64,000 nt of DNA from Psammoneis japonica (Eukaryota). The translations under genes were made by a program, and so were the position numbers. How positions within the stretch are numbered: position 1 is the stretch's first letter; every line of letters starts with the position of its first letter. The stretch lies in assembly GCA_008632985.1 (NCBI GenBank), contig QPGO01000190.1, positions 1 to 64,000 of the forward strand. The letters run 5' to 3'. Positions 49,996 to 63,697 of this stretch are shown in pieces. The notes beneath the pieces were generated by a model. The model was not told the origin of the DNA. It worked only from the letters and a program-made list of their open reading frames with translations, and ran no database searches.

Positions 49996-51084
49996 CACAA
50001 AGAGCAACTCAAATTGCAGCCAAATGACCAAGTGGGCTGCAGCCTTGGGCTGTTGACCTGTCTTAGAAAATGAAAGTTGCCTTCTCACCTTGGTTGCAAC
50101 AGCTGTTGGTTCATAAATGGCAGGGTTCATGGCAGCAGCATGGTGCATTTTGGTGTGTGCAACTTGCAACTTGAGTCACACAAAACACATCATCTTCATT
50201 TTGGAGCTCAGCAGTTTTCTTGCGCGGGTTTGGCACCAAACATGATGCAGAACACACAGAAACAAACCAAAAACCTCATGATTCATTCTAAAGTTTCTCA
50301 TTTGGAGATCTGTCTGCCCCAGCAGTGGTGAGCTGCAAGTGGCACAATGCCAGCAAATGGCAGTTCCATGCACAAGCACTGGCCAACCTTTGCGAGACTG
50401 GAGGGCTTTGTTGTTTTGCAGCCACGTTTCTGTGCGAATGTTGGCACAACAAAGTTTGTAAAAATGCCCAGCTGATTGACAAAAACATTGCACACTGCAC
50501 TCAAAAGTGTGCTGGCTGGCACAACTGCTGTTGCATTGGATGTTTGCAGGCACTCAGCACACAAGAAAGAGAGGCAAGTTTGGCGCCAATGTTGGCTCCT
50601 CCTGTCATGGTGGTGAGTTCCCCCACCCAAGCAACCATGGGCTGCTTTGACTGGCAATCATCATGATTTTGCCTCAATCCAAGTTCCAAAGACACACGCC
50701 ATCAAACACACACTGGAAACCTGCCTCTGTTGTGTGGGGCGGGGAAGACCTCACAACAAGAATGGCTTGGCTCCGGCAGATCTGATTCACAATGAGGATG
50801 AGAGGATCCATTTGCCCTTGACAGACAACTGAAGTGACCACTGCAATGGTGGCGACAATGTGTTTCAAAGAGTCAAATGGCAATTTTGTGTGCTTTGTGC
50901 AACAACAACTGAGCAAAGTTTGTCCAGGGTTCAAATGGCACGAGCTCCGAACTCCCGAGACTTCCTTCCTGCAGCTGGATCGCACAACAACAGCGCTGCG
51001 GTCAGCAAGCAAGACAATGACGATGGTGCTTCTGTGTCGCGACGACGACTCTTTGTCTCTTCCTCGGCGACAAACTCATCTATC

Positions 51085-51360
51085 ATGGCTGAGGACAGCA
51101 CGGTCACGATGCCTCCTTTTGTCCGTTTGCATGTTCCTTTCATCATGCGCAACAACAACGCATGCCATCAAGCCGGTGCGTTTTGAGGATCTTCTCAGCA
51201 ATGAAGAACATCGTCATGTGGCCTCACCGCCCCAGACCGAGAGCCCGAAGGATGTGAAAGAACTCCACATGAGTCAGCCATTGGATCACTTTTCCATGGA
51301 GGAACTTGTGTCTGACGCTGAAGGATCTTTGCAGCAGCGGTGCTTCCATTCGGATCGACC
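51085..51360 (+). pseudogene. N-terminal fragment of a peptidase S28 (Pro-X carboxypeptidase family) gene
   Basis: Signal-like hydrophobic stretch then ELHMSQPLDHFS...SLQQRCFHSDR, matching family pattern QPLDHF...FxQRYF with Tyr replaced. Confidence 0.65.
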
Positions 51361-51404
51361 ACGCAAGGTCATCTTCAACGCATGGAACTTCGTTTTCATC
51401 CTTG

Positions 51405-52045
51405 TGGCAGTCTTTGTGGCCCTGAAAGTGGTGAAGAACAGTCAAGCTTGTGCACAACAAGCAGCTGTGGAGATCAATGTCTTTGGGACTGAGCAAAGAC
51501 AAGGATTTCTTGGCCATTAACGTTGAAGCGAAAACCGCAAGATGGTGCACCTGCAATCGTACAGTCCGCATCAGAATCACCTTTGCTTGGTGTTTGAATT
51601 GTTGGGGATGAGTGCATGAGAGGTTTTGAATCAGCGGCAGTTCAGAGGGTTGCCCTTGACAAAGGTTCGGCCGCTGCTCATGAAAACAATGGACGGCAGC
51701 GTGAAGGAATTGTGTTGGCGATCAATTGTTCGACCGAGAAGGATTTTGATTCAAGCAATGTCAAGTTGATTGCTTTCGGCTCGGCTTGCTGTGAAGGACA
51801 CATGGCTCACACCTGCATTCGATCTCGGTTTTACCGCAGCCCAGAAGTTCTTCCACTCAAGGGCCACCCTGCGATTCCGCTTTTGACATGTGGTCCTTGG
51901 GACGCGTGGCGGCAGAACTGTTCCTCGGATTGTCCATTGCCTCACGGTTGTGAACACGATCAGGTGAGGCGAATTTGTGAAACAATTGAACCCATTCCAG
52001 ACATTGCGCATGCTTGGCGAAAGGTGCGTGTCATTCTTTTTATTT
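51405..52045 (+). pseudogene. Yak1/DYRK/HIPK-family protein kinase fragment, copy 1
   Basis: VALKVVKNSQACAQQAAVEINVF, HLCLVFELLG, QRQFRGLPL, VKLIAFGSAC...HTCIRSRFYRSPEVL, DMWSLGRVAAELFLG; catalytic loop missing; frameshifts. Confidence 0.88.
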
Positions 52046-53644
52046 GATGCTTTCTGTTGAACGGACGCATGTGCCAATTTGTTGTTGCACGCTGCTCATC
52101 GTTGTTCAGTGCTAAATTTGTCCAAGCACTTTGCAAACTCCACTTCCAATTCAGAAACTGCTTCAACTCCAATGCAGCCACAAACCGGCACAGACAGCAA
52201 CAAGAAGCCATCATGTTCGCCTCCACCCAAACAATTGTGGCGCATCAAGACACAGCAAGAATGTGTGCGACCCTCTTTTCCGTCAAGAGTTTTCCAATTG
52301 CCATTCTTTTTGTCGTCATGGGTTGTGGGCAGTCTGGCACGATTTTGCTTTAAAATGCGGCGCCCGTGTTCAACCAAACCCCTTGTTGCTGAGCACGACC
52401 TTGGACAAACACATCTTCCACAATGGCAGTTGCGGCTTCTGTTTCAGATGGATCTTCGCTCGCGTCGGAAAAGCTCTTGACAAGGGCGTCCTGAAGTGGT
52501 TTGGGCAAGTTCCGGTTGCCGCGAACGCAAAGCATGCCGTTGGCACGCTCACGCAACAATGACGGGCATCATCGGCAATGGCAACCAAGTCCTGCACGTG
52601 TGTCTTGCTGTTCTGAGGCACAGCCTGTGTCGTCAATGGCGTCAGCACAAGGCGACAATGGACAGGCGTCGGCAAAGTGTCGAGTGAGGTGTGCAGCATC
52701 ACCCGATCTGACTCAAGCAACACCTTCAAGGACGCGTCCTCCTCGGCACCAAATGATTTGTAACTGGCCGCGAGCTTCTTGGGACACTTTTTTGTCCTTT
52801 GTCGGGTCCTCAACGATTGTTGACATTCTGATGGAGACCGCCCTTGAGATTGTCGACCAAGCCTGAAACGGGCCTGGTGGATTCGTGCGGCACATGAGAT
52901 GCTTGATGCTGATGGTCGCAACCTGTTTGGCAATCTTTGGACAAAGTGGACGCTCTTAACCAACAACCTGGCACTCAACAATGGTCTTGGTTACCTCACT
53001 TGCACTGTCAGCGGATGATTGCAAGTGGACGATGTGAAATCGAGTTTTCAAAAGCGCGAAAGAGATGTTCTGATTGTGGTGCGTTTTCTAATTTTTGTTT
53101 TGTTTTCACAATCTTGATCTGTGGGCCTGACACTCCACAGTGTGCCAACTAAATCCCTCTCGAGCCCCAGTCCCAGTCCCACACCCCCATGCCTGCCATG
53201 CTAAACCCAACAATCCATGAGCTTCTACCTTGCACGCAAAACGCCCGTCTAATGTTTGTTTCTCGTTTTCTCATTCTATTCCGCCAGTCCTGCAATGGTT
53301 TTCGACTTGAACATTGGAACAAGTGTTGCTGCTGTTCAACATTGGCTTTCAGAGGCGATCTAGATCTTGCATTCTCTTCAACCGGTGTACAAAACCAGCT
53401 CCGAAACGGCGGCCAACTCACATGTGTCCTCTTGACAATGCGTGCCTCAATGCGAGATCTGGACAGCCTCTTCCAACTTTGCTGCTGCAGTTTAAACTCG
53501 AGTGCCAAGATGCAAGTGAATGCACACCACAAGCTGACATCTGAAACAATTTCTGCCCAACACGTCTTCACGACAATGCAGGCCTGAACGAAAAATAAGA
53601 TGTGCAACCACAGACGATCTTCTCCACCCGCAACAGCAAAAAAC

Positions 53645-55220
53645 TCAGCCTCGTCGCACTCCCTGCAACTCGGGAGCCGGACATTCCTCCAGGTGCTTGT
53701 CAATCGTCTGCCTCTCGCTCCCATCCACACATTTAATGTCGCAATGCGCCACGAGATCATCATCAAAGTAAACCCAGAGAATCTTGGCCAATGCACGAGT
53801 GTTGTTGCGGCAGCAATGCACGTCTTGGCCCTTCTCGTACTTGGACGTCGGTTTTTTGGGGGCGGGAGATAGATTCTTTTCTTCTGTCTGTCGCTCTCTG
53901 CCATTGGAGAAGAGGACAGTGTAGTGCGGAGTTTTGTCGTCAAGGTGAATGCCAATGATCTTGGCAGAAGCGACGTCGTTGGCATTGCTGTTCGTGTGCT
54001 TGACGTTCTCGCCGACTTTGCACTGGGGCTTTGGAGGGCTCGGCTTGTGAGGCGATGCTTCAATGTCGTCGTTTTCTGACGTTGGTGTTTTTGGGATGGG
54101 CGACAGATTCTTTTCAACCGTCTGCCTCTCTCTGTTGTTAGAGAAGAGGACAGTGTAGTGTGGAGTTTTGTCGTCGCGGTGAATGCTGATGATTTTGGCA
54201 GAAGCGACATCGTTTGCATTGTTGTTCGTGTGCATGACGTTCTCGCTGATTTTGCACTGGTGCTTTTGAGGGCTCGGCTTGGGAGGCGATGCTGCGATGT
54301 CGTCTTTTTCTGACGTTGGTGTTTTTGGGATGGGCGATAGATTCTTTTCAACCATCTGCCTCTCTCTGTCATTAGAGAAGAGGACAGTGTAGTGCAGAGT
54401 TTTGTCGTCAAGGTGAGTGCCAATGATCTTGGCAGAAGCAACGTCGTTGGCATTGCTGTTCGTGTGCAAAACTCTCTCACCGACTTTGCACTGGTGCTTT
54501 GGAGGGCTCGGCTTGACAGGTGAAGCTTGGACATTGTCTTTTTTTGGTTTGACGTTGTGGTGGTGCTTCGGAAGGCTCGGCTTGGGAGGTGAAGCTTTGA
54601 CGTTGTCTTTTTCTTTAAAATCGACGGAGGGTGGGGGGTTGTAGTTTGAAGACGGCTCGTGAGCCACTCCACTGTTGGAAGCAGTGCCGTTGGCAGAGCT
54701 GAACGCAAGAAATGGAACATCAAAGAAAGAAGGTGACGTTAGAAGCAAGCGTCACAACAATGGGCAGCACAACAAGAGCAACAAAAACTTGCGATGCAAA
54801 TGGCTCATTGACGTCGTAACGATGCGTCTTGCGTTGCGCCTCCACAAAGTGGCTGCGACAAACGTGGGGAGGCTGGTTAAATTCAGAACAATTCCACCTT
54901 GTCTGCTTGGGCAATGCCGTAGCAAGGATCGTACAGAGCCAGAGGAGAAATGCAACCACAAAGGTTTGGACGACGATCCAGACGTCGATGTTCCTCAACA
55001 AGCAACACAAGACGAAGCAGAGCACCGCGCACACTGGGAACTCTTTAGGATCCCTGCGCAGGCAAGAAATGGCTCGGCCATAGTTGCCAATGAGAAACAA
55101 AGCGTTCAAGAAGAGGAAAGCGCACAACATGGTGACATTGTTGATGCGACACTTTACTTTCTTGCCAGAACTGCGATTGTGAGACGAAGAAAGCACGTGG
55201 GAAAGTGCGTGCTTGCGCAT
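53645..55220 (-). pseudogene. Relic gene with N-terminal membrane segment and three 234-bp (78 aa) repeats plus a diverged fourth of a Tudor/SH3-like module
   Basis: CKVGENVKHTNSNANDVASAKIIGIHLDDKTPHYTVLFSNGRERQTEEKNLSP x3; fourth unit YEKGQDVHCCRN...AKILWVYFDDDLVAHCDIKCVDGSERQTIDKHL; fold is inferred. Confidence 0.65.
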
Positions 55221-56189
55221 TTCAGATTTTCATGTGCAGGGAATCGTGTCCGCGAAGTGGCAAGTTGGTTTTGACACAATTTAAACCGGTGCTGGGTTTG
55301 ATCCAAGTGATCATCTCGAACCCAAACTCAGAATGCCGCTGCAATCTTCATCGTCATGGCCACAGCGCTTTTTCTTTGCTCGTTTGCTCCTGACGCAACT
55401 TCGCCACAAGTTTGTGAGGCAACAAATCTGTGTCGTGCTTTCCGTTGACATGCACATGAAAGACACATTGTACATTGATTGTGGGGCTGTTGATGGACAA
55501 AATTTTTGTGCTGTTGATTGATCGCTTTTTCGCACGTGCTGCCCTGCCAGCACCTGACCGCACCACAAGACCATGGTCAACACTTTGCTGCTGCGGTCCG
55601 GAATCTCTCTCTTGGCAAAACCACCTGACACCCTTGCTTTGCAATCGCCAGGGGATCGCTGGAAATGACTGTGTCTGGTTTTTTCTCAGATGACCTGCAT
55701 CCTGTGCAAGGTGGCTCGTGGAGTGAGTTCCATGCTCTTTGTCCAGCCAGGATGCCAGGAACTCGTGCAATCTGCACGCAATGGTTTCGATCATGCAAGA
55801 GCTTCAGAACCATCCCGATCACATGGAGATCAGCTTCCAGTCAGAAGAACATTCAAGTCTCCAGATCTGGGGATCTTTCTGAACATGGTTCCACAATCTC
55901 CATGGATTGGCTGCTTGTGCGACGTTGCTTGCTTTGACGGCATCTCCTGTTGCGAGCATGCTGTCAATGCAAAGCTTTGTGGATTCTTTGGATTCTGCTG
56001 TTGTTGACCCAACAACAGGGTCTCATGATTTGACCACTGCACATTGCACCAGTTGCTCAACTTTGTGGAACGAAAAGACCCAGAAACTGGAAATGTCGCT
56101 TTTGATGCTGTTCGGACAGGCATTTTTCGAGATGGGAATGTGGTGCAGTTTGACCCCTTGTCTCCTGCAACGGAACAACCAACATGAGG

Positions 56190-56700
56190 TGCCTCTGCCT
56201 CCTCCCAAAGGTCCAGGTGGATTGCAGCTGCAGCACCTGAACGGGGCACTGCGTGGCTTCGGATTTGCCCTTTCGGTCATTTTAATTCTTCTTTCCATTG
56301 CATTTGGGGTCTGAACCATCCGCTGCAGAATGGGCAGAGTCATCAAGGCGTCACAGCCCATTTTCTTGCTTTCAACATGTGGCGGTGTCTTGTCAATGGG
56401 GTGGGTCATTCTGTGTGATGCTGCAGCCATCTGTGTTTTGCCGCATTGAGTGAAGACAGGGCTCGTGCAATGTTTCCATTGCGCACTCTTGTTTGTGTTG
56501 TTGAGGTTGGCCATCATTCCTTGATTTCAACATCAAAATTGAGAGCAAAGCGAGATGGATGAGATGTTTCTTCTCAAAGCACACCTTGGCTGTTCATCCT
56601 TGGTTTCATTCTTGCGCCAATGGTCGCTCTCCTGCTTGTTGATGCGGAGACGCTCACAATTTCAATGGGATGGATCTCTTGGCATGGGAGCATGGGCCAC
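56190..56700 (+). pseudogene. Class C (GABA-B-like) GPCR 7TM relic
   Basis: HLNGALRGFGFALSVILILLSIAFGV*TIRCRMGRVIKASQPIFLLSTCGGVLSMG matches the TM1-TM2 pattern WTxxxRxxxVIKASQPxFL. Confidence 0.7.
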
Positions 56701-56989
56701 TCCAAATGGATGTGTGTGGGCAGACAGTGGAGACAGGAGGAGCCAGCAAGTCTGACTTGTTTGAAGGGTGCGTGTCTGTGCCAGCCATTGCCAAACACAA
56801 GTGAATTGGCAGCAGGGCTTCCCATGTCATCCGGGATGTGGGCAAAACTTTTGTCACTTCTCTCAAATCTTGCGAGTGAGTTTTCAAGTGTTCTGCAACA
56901 GGCAAAGTGGAGAGGAGTGCTTTTCAAGTGCAGAGGAAGTGTGGATTCATTCCAGTTGAGTTTGCCCTGGGCCCGTCTCTTGATCTAGA

Positions 56990-57560
56990 GAGTGCAGCCA
57001 AGGCTGACCCCGAAACCTTTTCTGAACATCTGTTTGGATCTGCCAGTCGCAGTGATGATGTGCACAAAGATTTTGGATGGAAATCAATTGGGATGCTGAA
57101 AGCAATGATTGGGCAGGCTGCAGGAGGGATGGTGGCTGGGACACAACAAGCAGCAGTGATGACATGGTCGAGAACCATCACATTGAGAGCACTTTGGATC
57201 AAAATGTCAAGGAAATGAACAAAGAATGCAGTGCCAAAGGAATTGAATGTTGCTGCACATTTTCCAATCTTAGAGGAGATGTGACTTTGATTGCACCTCG
57301 CCAGAGGAGTCTGTCTCCATTGCTCAGAACATTGGATTCGCGCATCTTGCCAAATGTGTTGAGCAGAGATCCTCAGAAGAGGCAGGAGAGCTGAAGTCTT
57401 TGGTTGCAAGAGAGTGTGATGAGATGCCAATGAAGCACAGGGGCTCAAATCAACTGGCATTCCTGTCCACAACAAATGACTTGGTGGTTCATTTTTGCAT
57501 TTCCAACTGGAGCAACTTTCAAAGTGTTGCCACTGTGAAGCATTCTGTCTGGCATTGGAA
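56990..57560 (+). pseudogene. Relic of an uncharacterised family (DUF6940-like, recalled from memory)
   Basis: ADPETFSEH, TFSNLRGDVTLIAP, AHLAK, FLST, LGGSFLHFQLEQLSKCCHCEAF follow the pattern FxNLGGDAxLIAP...HLA...WLST.GLGV.WLHxRLD..PKYY. Confidence 0.5.
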
Positions 57561-60500
57561 TCAGCAAGTGCGTGAGAAAATTTTGTTTGTTCAGCGGCGT
57601 GCTTCCATCTTGGCGTTGCTCGGTGACATCAGGCTTGTCTCAAACTAATTCACTGCATTTGAAAAGACATTGTTTGTTGTCGGAAATCAGGAGATGTGCA
57701 ACATCCAAGGCAGGAAATCAAGAAGGGTTTCGGGGCAGCGGGGGTGGTGGCTTGCATGCAGAGGAGAACAAGATTTGCTGGAGAAGGAGGCACTGGATGT
57801 TTGTGGTGTCCGTGTGTTGGGAACATCACTGTGGTTAGATGCCGCAGTGCAGGCCGAAATGTCAATGAATGAGCAGCGCGCTTTGTCATTCACCCAAACG
57901 GACGACGGCACAGAGCTTCAAAATTGTCAGCAAAAAAGAAACAATTCAATGGTGTCGAGAAAATCTGCAGTGGTTGCGGGATGAATTGGTTGAGGCACCG
58001 CATGAAGGGATTCTCACCACATGCCTCAATTGGAAGGGACTGGCCATCCCAGGTGTGATGTTGCTTTTCATCCGATTTGACCGAGCTCCTCTCATTCCCA
58101 ATCAGTCTCCAGAAATGTGGTCACACCTGCTTTAATTTCATTGGAAACACACGTCCACTCTCCAACCAGTGGGGTTGTAAAGCCCATGAGAAGCCTGGTC
58201 ATTGTACAGATGGTTTGGTGGTTGGAATCACCAAACCCCAGTGCTGTTGGGGAGGAGACAATGAGTGTGCTGACAGGATTGGAGGTGAAGTTCAGCAGGC
58301 ATGGTCAAGCTCAGTGCATCCATTCTGGTTCTGATGTCATGTTGGCTTCTGTGTTGCACATCCTGACTGGGCAATCATCAAGAGATGCTCTTGGAAACTG
58401 GATGCATCATGTGCCTCATGGCGCAACTTCTTCAAACATCTTGCTGCCAACTGAGTGCTGTGCGCAGCTCTTGCCCAAGCCCATGGCATCGGCACACCCG
58501 GCATTTGACCAGATAAATCCATTGGACAAACAGCGTTGCAATCTCATTGACCGCACTTCATGAGCATCCAAGTTTTGTGCCAAAGCCACCACAACATCAG
58601 CTTGCACCTGTGTCTGTTCCATCATTTCTACATCGGCTGTGAGGTTCTTGTCATTGCCCATGATGGAGGCCCCTGACTCTGTGCCACAGTCACATGACAA
58701 GGCTTGCTTCATTTTGAAGTTGGCGACCATGATTTCTTCCACCCAAATGACATTTGATCTTCTGACAGCCAACCACATTTGGCTTTTTGCCTTTCCTGAT
58801 CTGTTCTGGGGTGCCACCATTGTCTTCCTCATTTCATGCCACCTTTGCTTTGGACATCTCCCTCCTTTTGTCCAAAAGAAGCATCAACAAGGCCCCCCAC
58901 TTCAGCAGCAACATCAGCTCCACTCATGGCAGGTTGTTCAGATCCACCTGAGCAGATTTGTCAGATTCAAATGCCAGCAAAACTCCCTCTAGTTGCAGCA
59001 GGGTTGTGACTTTTGTTGAGCACCAGGGAAGAGCACAGCTGGGTGAGGAGCATTCCTGCTCCTGTCAAACTGGCAAGGTGCGCCATGAACAGCTCCAACC
59101 CATTTGGGTGCAGCTGCTGGGGCACAAGAGCAATTTTTTCATCCTGCTCCCAAAGTGCATGGCCTGCTTGCGGGCTGGCAGCAGGCGAGGTTGACCCAAC
59201 TTTGGGTCAACCCACACAGCAGCAGTTGTGCAGATTGGCACATCTTTCAAAGGTTTGCACTGCTTGGATGTGACAAAATTGGTGCCAGCAGCACCACAAG
59301 CATCAGGGCACAAGCCCAGGTTGTTCTTGGCAGCCATGCTGTCAGCAGCTCCAGCTGACAAAATGGAGTGGATGAGTGCTCACCAAGAGTTGTTTGCCTG
59401 AAAACATTGTGTGGTCCAAGCTGCTGGTTTGGACAGCAATGATCTTGAGCCACTGTTCAGCAAGCAACCCTGGATTGCACACAGCAAGGCTGCCATTCTG
59501 CATGTCTGCAGACTGGCTCACAGGGGCAGCTGATCATGCAGAAGCACCTTGCAAGCCTGATGTTGCACACATGAGTTTCATGCAGGAAAGTCATGACCCA
59601 GCTGTTCATCCTGCAATTGGCACATCTTGCACAAAGGGGTGGCTTTGCAGAAGATGCACAGTGTCAAATGTGGGCTCAAGCTCTGCAGCATGTTTTGCTG
59701 CCCCATGCATGTGAGTTGTGCACAGAGTGATCTTGCAACTTCCATGGCACTGAACTCACATGTCACTGCCTGAGTGGTTGGACCCCATTCCTGTGCAGGT
59801 GGCAGCAATGTTGCCCCATGCAAGTGCAAAATTGTGTGTTTGCCAAGAGGGGAGCAAAGAGCAAAATTGCAGCGGCACTGCTCATGCAGTTGAGAGTGCA
59901 CACAATCATTTTTCAGAACCTTTGCCCCACTCAACAAAATGGCAGTGATGTGCTGCAACCTCACACATGTCAGCACAAGATGACAAAAATTCCAAGATTC
60001 AACTCATTTGACACAAACATGCTGCAGATGCTGCATTTCACACAACCAGCTGGAGAGACGTTGAAGCCAGCTGTGAGGCACAATGTCATGTTCAAAACTT
60101 TGTGACTGCCAACATGGCAGCAAATTGAGTGACTGAAACAGCTTGGGCACATGCACCAAATGGCTGAAGCAGAAAGGGGCTCACCTGAAAAAAATTTGAG
60201 ACACTGCTGCTGGCACATTTTTGACATTGCCAGGGGGTGTGGGCTGGACAAGACTTTCCTAGAAAGGCCATTGAGTGGCTCTTTCTAGAGCCAATGCTCA
60301 TGTTCTGATGCAAAACATTGGCTCTGCAGTGCACAGTTGTTTCACACAGAAGACATGCTGGTGCTGCTTCAGCATGCACGCAAGCATGCAGCAACTGTGA
60401 TCAAGGTGTGGCACATCAAACAAAAAGCCCAGATGTGATGCACAGCAAGAGCAGCTGTGCACACTTTTGCTTGAGCAAGAGATGTTGCTTGATGAAATGC

Positions 60501-63500
60501 TCAGAAGGTGCAAATCAAAACAACACAAAACATGAGAAATGGTTGTGCCATGAAGTCAACAGGCTCTTGCTCTGAAAGAGGAGGACCACTCAGCCACCCA
60601 GAACAGGCTGCAGACCACTTTGTTTGTGAGTGACTTCAGAGAAAAGAGCAAATGGATTGTGCAGATGCTTCAAAAATGCGGGGCAAAACAAACACTTGTG
60701 ACTGACAACATGGGCTCCAAGTGACATGCTGTGTTGTTCCCAACAACATGAAGAGAGACTCCAACAGGTGGACAAACTCCAACTGCAAAAAAGCTCACTG
60801 CTTTGTCAAATGTTTGATGTGAAGGAGAAACAACATGCTGTGAGAGCAGAACATGTTCAGTTTTGTCCTTTGCCCAGAAAGCAAAAACCAATTTGCTCAG
60901 ATGACAAGGGGAAAATTTTGGCTTGCACATGTTTGGGATGAGGGCACACATGATGAAAAAGCTCATCAGAACCTGCAACAAAAAGGTCAACTGACCTCAG
61001 GACAATTTCCAGATGTGCCAGCCATGGCCCACTTCAAGTTTTTTGCACAGCATGCAATCCCAGATGGGGTGCAGCGGATCATGCCAAGGCCCGTGCAAGC
61101 CTGTGCAGTTGGCTGCTTGAGTTCCACACAAACAAGTCATGACCCAACTGGACATTGTGCAAAACTGGCACAACTTGCATGAAGGGTGGCACAGAAGCTG
61201 CACAGCACCAAAAGCAGCCATTGTTGCACAGGCAGGAGCTCAAGCTTGCGCAGAGTGTTCTTGCAATTTCCACAAAATGCTGGACTTTCCATCACGACCC
61301 AATTGCCCAGACCCTGCTCCTGTGCTTGGGTGCAACCATTCATTCCTCAGCCAGAGATTTCTTGCAAGCCTTGTGCCCAAACTGGGTGCCTGTGCAAGCT
61401 TCTTGCTTTCCTGTGCACTTCATGCACAGCTCTTCTGAGTCCTTGGACTTGGCCTTCAGCTTGGCATTGGCTTGAGCAGGTTGCTCAATGTCAGCTGCTT
61501 TTTCCACAGTGTGGACCTCATTGTCAGACTTTTTTTGTGACAGCGGCCTTGTGTTTGTGTGCTGTCTTCTGCTCCTCACTCACACAGCTTGTTGGTTTGG
61601 TCTTGCCCTTTTCCATTGAGAGTGCGCCAATGCACTTTCTGCACTTGCTGATGTTTTTCCACATGAAATGCAGTCTTGCACAAAGGCAACTCAGCATTGC
61701 TTCTCTCAGCATTTCACACCACCAGAGCTTCAATGTGTGTCACTGCCACCACTCACAGAACAGCACTTGTGCACAGATTGCTGCTGGAAACTGTGCTGAA
61801 AGAGGTCACTTTGCAATGCACCAGCAAACCCAGCGCTGCCAGAAGGCTCCCAAGTGTCTGCTCAGAATGAGCAAGCCAGTGGAAAAGACCAAGAACTTCC
61901 CTGGCTTCTTCAAGAGTGTCTCTGACACCTTGTTGGAAACTGGCAAGAGCACAGAGGATGCTGGATGATGGATGGCAGGTGTTCCTGTGTTTGTGTTTGA
62001 GTGTGCACCATGGGCTGTGCAGAGAAAAAACATGGTTTGAAGGGCTGCGGGGCCTCAGAATGTGGCAAGAAGGGCAAAGGCCAGATGCCAACTGTCAGGT
62101 GAGCACCACATGTTTGAAGAGTGTGCTGGATGTTCTTGGAGGATGCATCTTGCTTCTTCTGTCATTTGAGGTTTAGATTTTTGATTGATTGTGGCTGACC
62201 CTGACATGTGGATTTGTGCTGCAACACAACCACAGCAGACATGGTCACGAGCACCTTGAAATGCTGCTGGCATGTGTTGACTGTCAAACAACTCAATGAA
62301 GTCATGAAGGTCAAACCAGGCAGAGCCAAAGAACTGATGTGTCGTCTGGGATCAGACGTTGAGAAACTTGAAACCAAGGCCAAGCATTCTGCAGCAGAGT
62401 CAGCCCCAAACAGGAACAAACACAAGAGTGTGACAAACCATCATGTGGTTTGAGAAGCTGTTGCAGTGGGTGTCATGAAAGGAAGATGGTGAAACTTGGC
62501 GGACATTTTGACAAAATTGGAAACAAATCATGGACATTTTCTCTGTTGTTCAGTTTCAAGTTGGACTCTTGTGCTGTTTTGTCGTCCGAAAAACAGCCAC
62601 CCGCCCGTGCGTCGTGCGTCTGCACGTGTTCACAGCACGGATGCTTTCCTGACGTCATCCTCATTTTTCTGCTCGGCTTGCTCACATCTCACATTTTTTT
62701 GGTTGGCGCTCCTGGCGTCCCGTTCACATGAGGCGCCTTCTCACGTTTCTTGTTGTGCTGATCGTGACCTGCACAGTTCACTCCTTTTGTCCGAGTGACA
62801 ATGGAGACCCACGAATTGCTTTCACAAAGTCGCGGCTTGAAGCAATTCCGGATGGAACCACCGCTGCCCTAATCGTTTCCGAGGCTTTGGAAGCCTCCCG
62901 GACGTCCTTTTTCATTTGTTTTTTTGGTGCTTCCGGTGCTGCTGTCATTGCCAGAAGCGTGTGCAAAAGTGTGGTGGAGATTCAAGAGCTGAAAGATGTC
63001 GGACCGACTCTGGGAGGATGAGAGACGCAGCATGGTCGGGCGCTCTTGGCGCTCCTGCAAGAATTGGTGACACACTGTTTTGATCCGGGAGCATTGCAAG
63101 GTGTGTGCATGCACCCCCTGGTGGATGCTCATGTGTGTGCATTGCATGTCTTGTGGAAGAGCTGTTCTTCTGACGCTTCCCATTTTCCCTCTTCTTTGTT
63201 TTAAGCAGTTGTTCAAGGCGGCGTGGAAGAAAACAGAGACACTCTTGTAAAAGGAATGATGAACCATTTGTTTGCCGGATCGGAACGTGTTGGAAGTTGG
63301 AATGGCGAGCATGCTGCATGTTGCGCGTGAAAGTGGAGGAATTGCACACGTGTTAATCTTGCCAACTGCTCTTTTCTCTCTCACAAAGATTGAGCCGAGG
63401 AACACATCATTTGGGGCAAAACTTTCTATGTGGGACAAACGTCATGTAAATGGAGTTTTGGAATTTGAAAATGCTGTTCCTGTTGACTTTGAATTGCTGC

Positions 63501-63697
63501 TGTGGAACTCATTTCCATTTCTGTTTTTGTAACCAAAAATTAGCGCGTGGCTCCTGATTGCTTGTTGGTGCACGAAAAGCATGCAGACGCCTTGCTCAAG
63601 GAACTCCAGTCCACCAGGCGGTGGAACGGCACGTTTGTGGCTTAAAGAGCCGCATTGCACTGGCACATGCGCATCTCAACTCACTCCCTGTTTATCA

